In this document: positions 42,880-51,015 of the stretch, one piece after another
Position numbering within the stretch: position 1 is the stretch's first letter
Layout of the letters: each line of letters opens with the position of its first letter
Assembly: GCA_021802485.1 (NCBI GenBank)
Contig: JAJZXF010000004.1
Location: forward strand, 1,162 to 65,161
DNA from: Actinomycetes bacterium
Lineage (GTDB): Bacteria > Actinomycetota > Acidimicrobiia > Acidimicrobiales > JAJZXF01
Direction of reading: 5' to 3'
Length of the DNA stretch: 64,000 nucleotides
Notes under the pieces: model-generated
Seen by the model: only the letters and a program-made list of their open reading frames with translations
Databases searched by the model: none
What the model was told of the DNA's origin: nothing
Translations under genes and position numbers: made by a program

Positions 42880-44133
42880 TCAGGCACTGGCAACCACGCG
42901 AGCACCGTCGAAATCGACCATCCACACTCGCACCTGCATTTCGGCCGTGGGAGTCGGGATGCCGTGCTGACTTTCATCGCCGCGTTGGCCAGCATCTTGC
43001 GGTCCTTCCCTCCCGCTGCGGGACCGGGCCCGAGACTCGGATCCCGAGGGAAGAAGCGCGTGTGCTTCACAATTGGTTCGGGCCATCTGGCAAAGCAGTT
43101 CCAGTGGGGCACGTTCCCCCTGCTGCTCGCAGACTTCGAAGAAATGGCGCGCGGTCTCCGTGCCGGTGGCGGCTGCCTGTACTTCGCGGGACGCACCCGA
43201 CGCTTTCGCAACCTCGGCCAGCATGCTGGTGTCCACCTTCGATCGGTGGAAGTGGGTCATCATAACCCCCCCTGCAAGCTTCGCGATCTTTCCAACCATC
43301 GCGACCAGGTGGACGGTCTGCATGCCGGCTGAGGCGGCACGGCGAAACGCGATTCCCGAGAAGTCCCCTACTTCCACAAAGCACACCGAGGCGAGCTCGG
43401 GGAACATGCGCATCGCTGCTGCCTCGGAGCGACTTCCGGTCGAGGCCACGATGACCTTCTCTCCTTGCGCCGCGGCCACATCGATCTGCTGGACAACCGA
43501 CGCTCTGTAGGCCGCGGTGGAGAACGGTCTCACAATCCCGGTTGTCCCAAGTATCGAGATGCCGCCAAGGATACCGAGGCGGAGGTTGCTCGTCCGTCGC
43601 GCCATCTGCTCGCCGCCGGGGACCTCGAAGGTGACCACGAGCGGTCGTGGTGTCACCTCGCTCAGAGCGGCAAGGATCATTCTCCGCGGTACGGGGTTTA
43701 TCGCCGGAGCGCCTGGAGGCAAGCCCAGCCCGGGCTTCGTCACAGTGCCAACTCCATCGCCGGCCGCCAAGACGCTGTGCTGCGCCCCGTCTTGTGCGAA
43801 CTGAACCTCTGCAGTCATGCGAGCGCCGTCGGTGCAGTCGGGATCGTCGCCAGCGTCCTTTACCACTACTGCCCGCGCTTTTTTGGGTTGACCAGAACCG
43901 GCATCCACGATTTCCCGGTCCTCGACCCCGAACGAGACCCGGGTCCCGTTCGGGATGCTGACCTCGACGACCTCAGGCACGCGGCCATGGACGAGCCCTT
44001 CCGCGGCCGCTTTTGCTGCAGCTGAGGCGCAGGTGCCGGTGGTCCAGCCGGTCCTCAAGCCGCGCCGGCGGCGGGCGACTTCCGGGCTCATGTCCGGCTC
44101 TGTGGTTCCTGGGTGTCGCATTACTCCTGGCAC
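42880..44133 (-). CDS. cbiD: Cobalt-precorrin-5B C1-methyltransferase
   Basis: ...LRTGWTTGTCASAAAKAA...VVKDAGDDPDCTDG...GVGTVTKPGLGLPPGAPAINPVPRRMI...GISILGTTGIVRPFSTAAY.... About 40 aa are inserted near the C-terminus. Confidence 0.92.
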   Translation of the reverse strand: MPGVMRHPGTTEPDMSPEVARRRRGLRTGWTTGTCASAAAKAAAEGLVHGRVPEVVEVSIPNGTRVSFGVEDREIVDAGSGQPKKARAVVVKDAGDDPDCTDGARMTAEVQFAQDGAQHSVLAAGDGVGTVTKPGLGLPPGAPAINPVPRRMILAALSEVTPRPLVVTFEVPGGEQMARRTSNLRLGILGGISILGTTGIVRPFSTAAYRASVVQQIDVAAAQGEKVIVASTGSRSEAAAMRMFPELASVCFVEVGDFSGIAFRRAASAGMQTVHLVAMVGKIAKLAGGVMMTHFHRSKVDTSMLAEVAKASGASREVQAAATGTETARHFFEVCEQQGERAPLELLCQMARTNCEAHALLPSGSESRARSRSGREGPQDAGQRGDESQHGIPTPTAEMQVRVWMVDFDGARVVASA

Positions 44134-45017
44134 TAGTTACCGTGTGGTCCGGTCGAGGCGGCATTCTCGCCTTCCCGCCGGTTTGCCTCGCCTTGTCTGC
44201 TTGGGGCCGCTGGACTCGGCCTTTGATTCCGACTCGGCCTACCTGTGGTGGATCCGTCGTGTGATCGCAGGCGGAAGTGGTGGGAGAACCTTGGTGAGTA
44301 GAGGTGGCTGCGTGCGCCGACTTCCGACAGCGCTGGGCCGACTAGCACCAGGACGGTTCGTTTCTCTTTGGTGGCTTCGATGTCCTCTGCTAGCCGCCCA
44401 AGTGTGGTTCGTACGACTCGTTCGTCGGGCCAGGACGCCCTGACTACTATCGCAGCCGGGGTATCGAGGTCGAACGCACTCTCAGGCGCGAGCAGCTGAG
44501 CTTGCAGGTCGCGCGGCTTGGAAGCGGAGAGGAAGATCGCCATAGTGCATCCGTGAGCGGCAAACCCGGCCAATGTCTCAGATTCCGGCATGGAAGCGCT
44601 TGTGCGTCCAGGCACCCGGGTCAGCACCACGCTCTGGGAGATCGTCGGGATGGTGAGCTCCCGGCCAAGGGTAGCGGCAGCTGCAGAGAGCGAGGTGACC
44701 CCCGGGATTACTTCGAAGCTGCGCTCGTGCGCTACACACCAGTCGATCTGCTCCTGGATCGCACCGAAGATCGCTGGGTCCCCCGAGTGGAGCCGAACGG
44801 TTGCTGCCTCGGGATTTGCATCGTAGATGCCTAGTACGTCCTCCAAGGTCATGGTCGAGGAGTCGAGGATGGTAGACCCAGCTCGGCAGTGCTCAAGTAT
44901 CCCCTCCGGAACGAGCGACGATGCCCAGATGACGACATCGGCAGCAGCGAGACGTGCGGCTCCTCGCAGGGTTATGAGGTCGGCGGCGCCGGGACCAGCG
45001 CCCACGAAGCTGATCAC
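44133..45017 (-). CDS. cbiF: Cobalt-precorrin-4 C11-methyltransferase
   Basis: MISFVGAGPGAADLITLRGA...VRLHSGDPAIFGAIQEQI...VIPGVTSLSAAAATLGRELT.... Confidence 0.92.
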   Translation of the reverse strand: MISFVGAGPGAADLITLRGAARLAAADVVIWASSLVPEGILEHCRAGSTILDSSTMTLEDVLGIYDANPEAATVRLHSGDPAIFGAIQEQIDWCVAHERSFEVIPGVTSLSAAAATLGRELTIPTISQSVVLTRVPGRTSASMPESETLAGFAAHGCTMAIFLSASKPRDLQAQLLAPESAFDLDTPAAIVVRASWPDERVVRTTLGRLAEDIEATKEKRTVLVLVGPALSEVGARSHLYSPRFSHHFRLRSHDGSTTGRPSRNQRPSPAAPSRQGEANRREGENAASTGPHGN

Positions 45018-45757
45018 TCGGCTTGCCTTATTCTCGACCCGGGCGGAACGATGACGGTGCTCAGGTAGCTTGCGGGACGGCCATCAAGCTCTCTTGCAGC
45101 TACGACCCGCTCTCCAGGCAAGCCAAGCAGTTCGCCAGCGACCGCGCCTTCAAGTCGCCCGCTTGACTCAATGCAAGAGCGGATCGCGGCTGCGTTCCTG
45201 CCTCCTTTGTAGATCACAACTGCCCTTTGGTCACAACTGAGAGCGCTCTGGATTGGACCCATGCCATCCAGCGCGGTCAAGAGGGTGAGGGACTCCACGC
45301 CATCGAGCAGGACGGTGCCGGACTTCGCTGCAAGCGCCTGGAAGGCCATGATGCCCGGAACCGTGTCGATTGCCACGCACGGATCTGCGGAGCGCACCGC
45401 TGTGGCTACGCTTGAGAAGGTGCTGTACATATTCGGGTCGCCGATCGTGACGAAGGCCACCTGGAGCCCTTGGCGCAGTCGCGGGATTAGTACCGTGGCA
45501 GCGATCTCCCTGCAGGTCGCCTCAGCGTCGACTGACATGTCGAAGCAGACTCGGTCAATCGGGGTACCAGGCGCAGCCTCACGGACTATCGCCTCGGCTC
45601 TGCCGATCGCGTCCGGAGCCGTACTTGGCGCGACAACATGATCCGATTCACGGATGACGCGAATGGCCTTTGTGGTTACAAGCTCCGGATCCCCGGGGCC
45701 TACCCCTACGCCGACGAGGCGTCCGTGCCCGCGGATGGGATGGGAACTCTCGTGCAT
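45014..45757 (-). CDS. cbiL: Cobalt-precorrin-2 C20-methyltransferase
   Basis: The start is taken at MHESSHPIRGHGRLVGVGVGPGDPELVTTKAIRVI (45757), just after the cbiA stop. The track start at 45991 overlaps cbiA. Confidence 0.85.
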   Translation of the reverse strand: MHESSHPIRGHGRLVGVGVGPGDPELVTTKAIRVIRESDHVVAPSTAPDAIGRAEAIVREAAPGTPIDRVCFDMSVDAEATCREIAATVLIPRLRQGLQVAFVTIGDPNMYSTFSSVATAVRSADPCVAIDTVPGIMAFQALAAKSGTVLLDGVESLTLLTALDGMGPIQSALSCDQRAVVIYKGGRNAAAIRSCIESSGRLEGAVAGELLGLPGERVVAARELDGRPASYLSTVIVPPGSRIRQAE

Positions 45758-45762
45758 CGTGT

Positions 45763-47160
45763 TCACGCTAGCCCCGTAGAGGGTTCCGCTGCCGAAGAGA
45801 TGTGTGCGCTGCCTATCCCTCCTGCCCGAGCTGCTGTTGCGGCTACGAAGTGTTCTGCAGCGCTGGGGTCCGCTCCGAGGTGAAGGTGGACATAGGACGC
45901 GATGAGCGATCGCGACGTGTAGCCAGCTTGGCGGGCTACCGTACGGGTACCCGAGCCGGGCGAGCGCTGGACCATGAGCCCATCTCCGCAAGGTTCCAGC
46001 GTCGAGTAGTGGAACTCATGTCCTCGAAGCTGCGCTCCTACCCGCGCGATTGGCGATGGCCCGAGGGTCGAGACGGTCCGGTACCCGAGAGTCAGGGTGC
46101 TGGTCATTCGAGCATCTGCAGGAACCGCCGAGCACATCCGACGGCCATTCAAGGTTCTTGCCAGCCAGAGCATTCCGCCGCATTCAGCCCAGGTCACCAT
46201 ACCCATCGCTATCCGAGTGCGGACATCGTCGCACAGAGCGCGGTTCTCCGCTAGCGCCTCTGCGAACACCTCTGGGAACCCTCCCGCCACGTACAGACCA
46301 GTCGCCTGCTCCGGAAGCCGTTTCTCGGTCAAGGGGTCGAAGGGAGCCAGCTCAGCCCCCGCTTCTTCTAGGCGCTCCAAGTTTTCCGGGTAGATGAAGG
46401 CGAAAGCCGCCCCAGCTGCTACGGCAACCGTGGCTCTTGCGACCCTCCTCGTCTCGGGCAGGCTGCCCGGGGGCATCAGGGTTGCAGATCGGGCAAGCAG
46501 CTCGATCTGCTCCAGGTCGCAAGATCGCTCGACTGCGTCCGCCAAGAGCCTGACCGACTTCGCGACGTCCTGGCGTTGCTCTACGACCGGGATGAGGCCG
46601 AGGTGGCGATCCCGCCAGGTCAGCGAAGGGTCACGTGCGATAGCGCCGAGCACCGGGATCCCCAGCGGGCTAAGCGCGGCACGCAGAGCGTCTTCGTGCG
46701 TAGGGCTTCCCACGCGGTTCAAGATCACTCCCGAAAGGCTTACTTCGCTTGAGAAGGTGTGGTAGCCGTGAACGATTGCGGCGACAGACGTTGACATCGA
46801 TGATCCGTCAACGACGAGGACTACCGGCGCTGCGATGATGCGGGCTACTTCAGCTGTGCTGCTTGGCCCGTCGAAGAGCCCCATGACGCCCTCGACGACA
46901 AGGATGTCTGCACCCGCTGCGGCGTTAGATGCCAGGGCGGGCACCGCCTCTGCTCCGGAGATCCATGAGTCGAGGTTCCTGCCCGGCCTCCCGGTCGCGA
47001 CTTCATGGTACCCAGGGTCGATGAAGTCAGGACCGACTTTGGCCGAAGCCACCTTGTGGCCACGTTTTGACAGCGCTGCCATGAGACCGGTCGCGATGGT
47101 GGTCTTACCTACTCCCGAATGAGTTCCCGCGATGACGATGCGAGCTATGGTGGCTCCCAC
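45763..47160 (-). CDS. cbiA: Cobyrinate a,c-diamide synthase
   Basis: 465 aa. IVIAGTHSGVGKTTIATGLMAAL...KVGPDFIDPGYH..., plus a C-terminal glutamine amidotransferase domain (...TWAECGGMLWL...RGHEFHYS). Confidence 0.93.
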   Translation of the reverse strand: MGATIARIVIAGTHSGVGKTTIATGLMAALSKRGHKVASAKVGPDFIDPGYHEVATGRPGRNLDSWISGAEAVPALASNAAAGADILVVEGVMGLFDGPSSTAEVARIIAAPVVLVVDGSSMSTSVAAIVHGYHTFSSEVSLSGVILNRVGSPTHEDALRAALSPLGIPVLGAIARDPSLTWRDRHLGLIPVVEQRQDVAKSVRLLADAVERSCDLEQIELLARSATLMPPGSLPETRRVARATVAVAAGAAFAFIYPENLERLEEAGAELAPFDPLTEKRLPEQATGLYVAGGFPEVFAEALAENRALCDDVRTRIAMGMVTWAECGGMLWLARTLNGRRMCSAVPADARMTSTLTLGYRTVSTLGPSPIARVGAQLRGHEFHYSTLEPCGDGLMVQRSPGSGTRTVARQAGYTSRSLIASYVHLHLGADPSAAEHFVAATAARAGGIGSAHISSAAEPSTGLA

Positions 47161-47162
47161 GC

Positions 47163-47765
47163 TCAGTACTCGATGCCCTTTTTCGCCCCGATCCCAGCGT
47201 CAAAGGCGTGCTTCACCTTGCGCATCTCGGTGACCGTGTCGGCAATATCGATCAGCTCGCTAGGAGCGTCGCGGCCTGTTATGACCACGTTCGTCTTTGG
47301 TGCGCGTTGGATGATCCCAGTGACGACCTCGCTTACCGGCACCCAGCCGTAGTTGACCGCGTAGGTCAACTCGTCGAGGATGACGAGGTCGTAGGCACCC
47401 GATGAAAGGGCCTTGCGCGCGACTTCCCATGCGTTGCGTCCCTTTGCTGCGGTCTCGTCGGTGTCGGATGATTCCCAGGTGAAGCCATCTCCCAGGGTCT
47501 GAAATTCGATGGACAGGTGCTCGGCAAGCTTGCGCTCGCCAACCTTCCATTTGCCTCCCTTTACGAACTGGATCACGATGACTTTCCAGCCCCTGGCCCA
47601 TGCTCGCCCCATGACCCCAAATGCTGCAGAGGATTTTCCCTTGCCGTGGCCCGTATTGATCAGCACCAGCGACGGCGCTCTGTGTAGGTCCGTGAACCTC
47701 CCCGCCTTGGCGGACGGGGATTGTGCCCCTGCCGTCTGGCTTGGTTTGCCTGGCATCGCGCACAT
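47163..47765 (-). CDS. cobO: Cob(I)yrinic acid a,c-diamide adenosyltransferase
   Basis: ...LVLINTGHGKGKSSAAFGVMGRAWARGWKVIVIQFVKGG...DLVILDELTYAVNYGW...VVITGRDAP.... The ATG at 47765-47763 shares its A with the tnpB TGA (TGATG). ATG 47756 is an alternative start. Confidence 0.9.
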   Translation of the reverse strand: MCAMPGKPSQTAGAQSPSAKAGRFTDLHRAPSLVLINTGHGKGKSSAAFGVMGRAWARGWKVIVIQFVKGGKWKVGERKLAEHLSIEFQTLGDGFTWESSDTDETAAKGRNAWEVARKALSSGAYDLVILDELTYAVNYGWVPVSEVVTGIIQRAPKTNVVITGRDAPSELIDIADTVTEMRKVKHAFDAGIGAKKGIEY

Positions 47766-49189
47766 CACGCCACCGCGACCAACGGAACTCGCTCCGAGGA
47801 GCTGGTGGATGAGATTGCTAGCTTCGGCTTGCACGACGTTTCCGCCGGGGCCTGGTTCTTGGCACTACTTGGGGTTATGGCCTTTCGGCACTGCACCTTG
47901 CGGTATGTGGTGCGCTGATCAGGTGACCAGCGTTTCTCGTCCCGGAGATACGTGACTCGGATCTCTACATCCGCTCCTATAGGGACGTAGTCCCCATGTA
48001 TTGCCTCCTGTAGGATGTTGATCGCTCCAACAGCGTCTCGGTGACAGGTGAAGTTGCACACCTTGCACCGGTAGTCCCGCCCCGAGGGGCAGTTGCGTGC
48101 TCCACACACAGGACATGTCTTCGTGGACCCGGACTCGTTGATGTGCTCGATGTCGAGTCCGGTCTTCTCTGCGAGGTAGCGCTCCTCGGTTCCTCTCGAG
48201 AACTGCGAGAGCTGTTGGCGAGATGAGCGACCCATACGACGCTTCTGCTTGGTCTTGTGCTCGATACCACGCGCATCTCCTATGACGAGCCGTCCGATGG
48301 AGTGCGCTATGACGTGATTCGCTGCTCTCCTTGCAACCTGGTGGTCAAAGTCTCTGAGTTGCAAGCGGGCCTTGCCCTTTGTGCGTTTCTTTGCTGCAAC
48401 GAGTCTACGGTGCTTACGAGAGCCGTTCTTGGTCTTGGAAAGCTTCCTCTGGAGCGCACCCGTAGCCTTGTTCCGCTGTCTCTTGATAGCACGCGCCTCG
48501 CGGCCGTTGACGATGGTGACGTTGATGGTCTGCTCATCTAGCCAAGTCGCAAGTGCCATTGGATTGATGATGCCTTCGTCTATAGCTGTGACCGCTTTGC
48601 CAGCTGAGAACATACGACGCGACATGTAGGGAATATGCAGTGAGAACTGCCGGTTGTCCTGGTCCCAGCAGAGCTGGATCTCGCCCCAGAGTTCAGGGGA
48701 AACCAGCCTGCCGGTTACAGGGTCCTCCACGTTTGGCAATGCCAACACGATGCCAGGCCTTCCCCGTCCGAGAGACAGGTTGAGCTTGTGGTCACAGCGC
48801 ACCCTCCAGCCGTAGCTCTTGGAGAAGCTCAGCGGTCTGTAGTTCTTCTTCCGCCAGGGAGAACGCACTCTCATCCCATTCATGCGGTTGGTGCGAGAGG
48901 TCTTGATCGCTTCGTAGAGGTCGTATCCAATCGCCTCGGTCGTGTGAGCATGAAGCGGGCGCTGCTCTCGTGGGATCGAGGTGAGGAACGCTCGGATGTC
49001 GTACTTGCTTGGGTTGTGTTTCGCTTTCCACTCCGCATGTACCCAGTTCAGCGCCTCACCCCAGAGGCCAGCTGCAATGTGGTGAGCATCGTGGGCTTGC
49101 CGGTAATTGGCACCCGATAACGTGACGGGGACAATGGCTGTGCGTATGACCTCACGGCTTGTTGGCGGACTACTCGGTATTGCGACCAT
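47765..49189 (-). CDS. tnpB: TnpB-type RNA-guided endonuclease candidate (IS200/IS605-family accessory protein), no tnpA
   Basis: 474 aa. RuvC-I is KAVTAIDEGIINP. At the usual RuvC-II glutamate position the protein reads RLVIGDARGI, while a Glu sits in EHINESGSTKTC. The zinc ribbon is CPVCG...CKVCNFTCHRD, and RuvC-III is HRDAVGAINI. There are about 75 residues of C-terminal tail. Confidence 0.9.
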   Translation of the reverse strand: MVAIPSSPPTSREVIRTAIVPVTLSGANYRQAHDAHHIAAGLWGEALNWVHAEWKAKHNPSKYDIRAFLTSIPREQRPLHAHTTEAIGYDLYEAIKTSRTNRMNGMRVRSPWRKKNYRPLSFSKSYGWRVRCDHKLNLSLGRGRPGIVLALPNVEDPVTGRLVSPELWGEIQLCWDQDNRQFSLHIPYMSRRMFSAGKAVTAIDEGIINPMALATWLDEQTINVTIVNGREARAIKRQRNKATGALQRKLSKTKNGSRKHRRLVAAKKRTKGKARLQLRDFDHQVARRAANHVIAHSIGRLVIGDARGIEHKTKQKRRMGRSSRQQLSQFSRGTEERYLAEKTGLDIEHINESGSTKTCPVCGARNCPSGRDYRCKVCNFTCHRDAVGAINILQEAIHGDYVPIGADVEIRVTYLRDEKRWSPDQRTTYRKVQCRKAITPSSAKNQAPAETSCKPKLAISSTSSSERVPLVAVA

Positions 49190-49320
49190 ATGTTTGATAC
49201 TACTCCAGGGGTGTAACAGTTCCTCGGATGGGTGCGTACTTGTCTTATCAGCGGCCTTGACCCCTCCCTTGCGGAAGGGGGTTGCGGGTGGATGTGGTTC
49301 ATACAGAGAAACGGTAGTGT
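47765..49320 (-). mobile_element. Probable non-autonomous IS200/IS605-type (tnpB-only) element; ends not determined
   Basis: A lone tnpB with an imperfect hairpin carrying a GCAA loop upstream (49260-49282; minus strand reads ACCCCCTTCCGCAAGGGAGGGGT). Two GAAA-loop hairpins lie in the 3' coding tail (47834-47847 and 47880-47889), as expected for an LE hairpin and an omega-RNA scaffold. The boundaries are guesses. Confidence 0.45.
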
Positions 49321-49435
49321 TGTTCGATGGAGAACAGGGAACCCGCCGTTCGCCAGCGGTTGTCCTGCGACTGTAACCGAGGAGGCGTGTGGACTCGAGA
49401 GCAGCTAAGCCGACAGCTTCAGCCGGACCGGTGAG
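49315..49435 (+). promoter_or_regulatory. Candidate cobalamin riboswitch in the cobU leader
   Basis: CAGGGAA (49335-49341) followed by a 33-nt stretch ending GTCCTGCGACTGTAACCGAGGAG, compared with the remembered consensus ..CCCGCCACUGU.ACCG.GGAG. A B12-box-like AGCCGGACCGGTG (49421-49433) includes the GTG start of cobU. The GGUG.GAAUCC element is not evident. Confidence 0.35.
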
Positions 49436-49952
49436 GACGCTCGTTCTCGGGGGCGCGCGCTCTGGGAAGTCCGAAATAGCAGAGAATATTGTAGCTCGCC
49501 ACGGGGCGGAGGTGACCTACGTTGCTACCTGCATTGGCGCTGGCGAGGGTGAGAAGGGCTGGCGTGCTCGTATCGAAGCACATCGAAGGCGCCGCCCAGC
49601 GGCCTGGAGGACGGTAGAGGTGCCGGCGGGTGGTGACCTTTCAGCGCTGCTCGTTTCGCTGGACGGCCCGCTGATAATCGACTCCCTCGGCACATGGCTT
49701 GCGGGACTCGATGGCTTCCGAGCAGATGTGGACCGGCTCTGTGCCGCGTTGACGGAACGGGATTCGCCTGCCGTCATCGTCAGCGACGAGGTAGGGCTTG
49801 GGGTTCATCCAGCAAGCTCCGCGGGTATGGAGTTTCGGGATGCGCTGGGAGAGCTGAACCGTCGTGTGGGTATGGTCTGCGACGAGGTGATCCTCGTGGT
49901 CGCGGGCAGGGCGATGTCGTTGCCTGCGTCGCGGCCGGGAGAGGCGTTGTGA
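49431..49952 (+). CDS. cobU: Adenosylcobinamide kinase / adenosylcobinamide-phosphate guanylyltransferase
   Basis: The GTG at 49431 gives (M)RTLVLGGARSGKSEIAE... (P-loop at the extreme N-terminus, as is usual), then ...IDSLGTWL...VIVSDEVGLGVHP...FRDALGELN. The track start at 49389 adds 14 non-conserved codons. Confidence 0.9.
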   Translation: MRTLVLGGARSGKSEIAENIVARHGAEVTYVATCIGAGEGEKGWRARIEAHRRRRPAAWRTVEVPAGGDLSALLVSLDGPLIIDSLGTWLAGLDGFRADVDRLCAALTERDSPAVIVSDEVGLGVHPASSAGMEFRDALGELNRRVGMVCDEVILVVAGRAMSLPASRPGEAL

Positions 49953-50776
49953 ACACATCTCGCGAAGGGGCCAAAGAGCCAGTGATGGTCGCGTTTTACC
50001 GTGTGGTGAGCGGATGGTTCGAGGATGCACGGGTTGCCTTCGGGTTCCTCACGGTCGCGGGCTCCCCACTCGTACCGTCTCCAAGCTCGCTTGCGTGGTT
50101 CCCGATGGTAGGAATTGTGCTGGGAGGTGTGCTGGGCTGCGTATGGTGGCTCTCAGCGAAGATCTTGCCGTTTGGTATGGCCGCTGCAGTGGTCGTCGTT
50201 CTAGACCTTGGTCTCACGGGGATGCTCCACTTTGACGGCCTGTGCGACTCGGCCGATGGTTTGTTGGGCCACCTCTCACCCGAGAGGCGCCTCGAGGTCA
50301 TGAGGGAGCCAGGAGTTGGTGCATGGGGAGTTGGCGCCGGAGCTTCAACTCTCGGGCTGCGCTGGCTGGCTCTGTCCCTGTTACAACCAGCTCCGCTGTT
50401 ACTGGCGGGGTTGTGGTGTCTCTCCAGGAGTGCGATGGCCTTGGCCTCGCTTTCGTTGCCCTACGCGCGGACCGAAGGTGGCTTGTTGAGCGCGTTCAGA
50501 GCTGGCGGTGAAGGCGATCATGCGAGTGGGACCGCTGCGAAGAGCCTGCGCTCAGCTTGCGGTGCCGCAGCAGCCCTGGGCTTGCTCGCAGCTGTAGCGG
50601 TTCTGGAACAGTGGCGACTCGTTCACGGCGCAGAGGTCCTCGCAGCTGGAGCGCTGGCTGGAGCTGCAGTGATCTTGCGCGCAAGGCGCACGATTGGGGG
50701 AGTGACAGGTGATGTGCTCGGAGCGATGGGCGTCGTCTTGGAGACGGTCGGCCTGGTTGCTGCGACGCTCAAGTAA
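49949..50776 (+). CDS. cobS: Adenosylcobinamide-GDP ribazoletransferase (cobalamin synthase)
   Basis: Polytopic membrane protein ...AFGFLTVAGSP...WFPMVGIVLGGV...LGLTGMLHFDGLCDSADGL.... The GTG at 49949 overlaps the cobU stop (GTGA). ATG 49985 is an alternative start. The track ORF start (49694) lies inside cobU. Confidence 0.88.
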   Translation: MNTSREGAKEPVMVAFYRVVSGWFEDARVAFGFLTVAGSPLVPSPSSLAWFPMVGIVLGGVLGCVWWLSAKILPFGMAAAVVVVLDLGLTGMLHFDGLCDSADGLLGHLSPERRLEVMREPGVGAWGVGAGASTLGLRWLALSLLQPAPLLLAGLWCLSRSAMALASLSLPYARTEGGLLSAFRAGGEGDHASGTAAKSLRSACGAAAALGLLAAVAVLEQWRLVHGAEVLAAGALAGAAVILRARRTIGGVTGDVLGAMGVVLETVGLVAATLK

Positions 50777-50907
50777 CCGTTTCTCGCTTATCGCGCTCTC
50801 GATGCCGGCGCAGGCTGCGCGGTGCGCGCGTGGATACCGGGTAACCACGTCACCTTGGCGCCTAGGCGATTCGTCGGGGCTAGGCGGTGGCAGCGTCTGC
50901 GACACCT

Positions 50908-51015
50908 GCGCGTATGGCTGGAATCGCAAGGTAATGGTTCGTCAATCGGGGATCCCACTGTGGTCCCCGCGGTGATTGGGGGCCGTATTCAGCTCAAACG
51001 GATTCGTTTACGCGC
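50908..51015 (+). promoter_or_regulatory. Structured kdp leader; possible c-di-AMP (ydaO-type) riboswitch
   Basis: The closing helix is GCGCGTA (50908-50914) with TACGCGC (51009-51015). An inner helix pairs GAATC with GATTC. The core strings CGGGGATCC, GCGGTGATTG and CCGTATTCAGCTCAAAC resemble the ydaO blocks ACGGAGGAACC, GGGGUGAAUC and CCCGACAGCUAAC recalled from memory. Confidence 0.3.

Noticed and set aside
42840-43211. N-terminal 124-codon extension of the cbiET ORF (track call 41589-43211). Similar over-long track starts occur for cbiL (45991), cobS (49694), kdpC (54935) and the AAA+ gene (32778).
   Set aside because: The extensions overlap the well-supported upstream genes and lack family similarity. 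Internal starts restore normal protein lengths and ATGA/GTGA/TGATG coupling.
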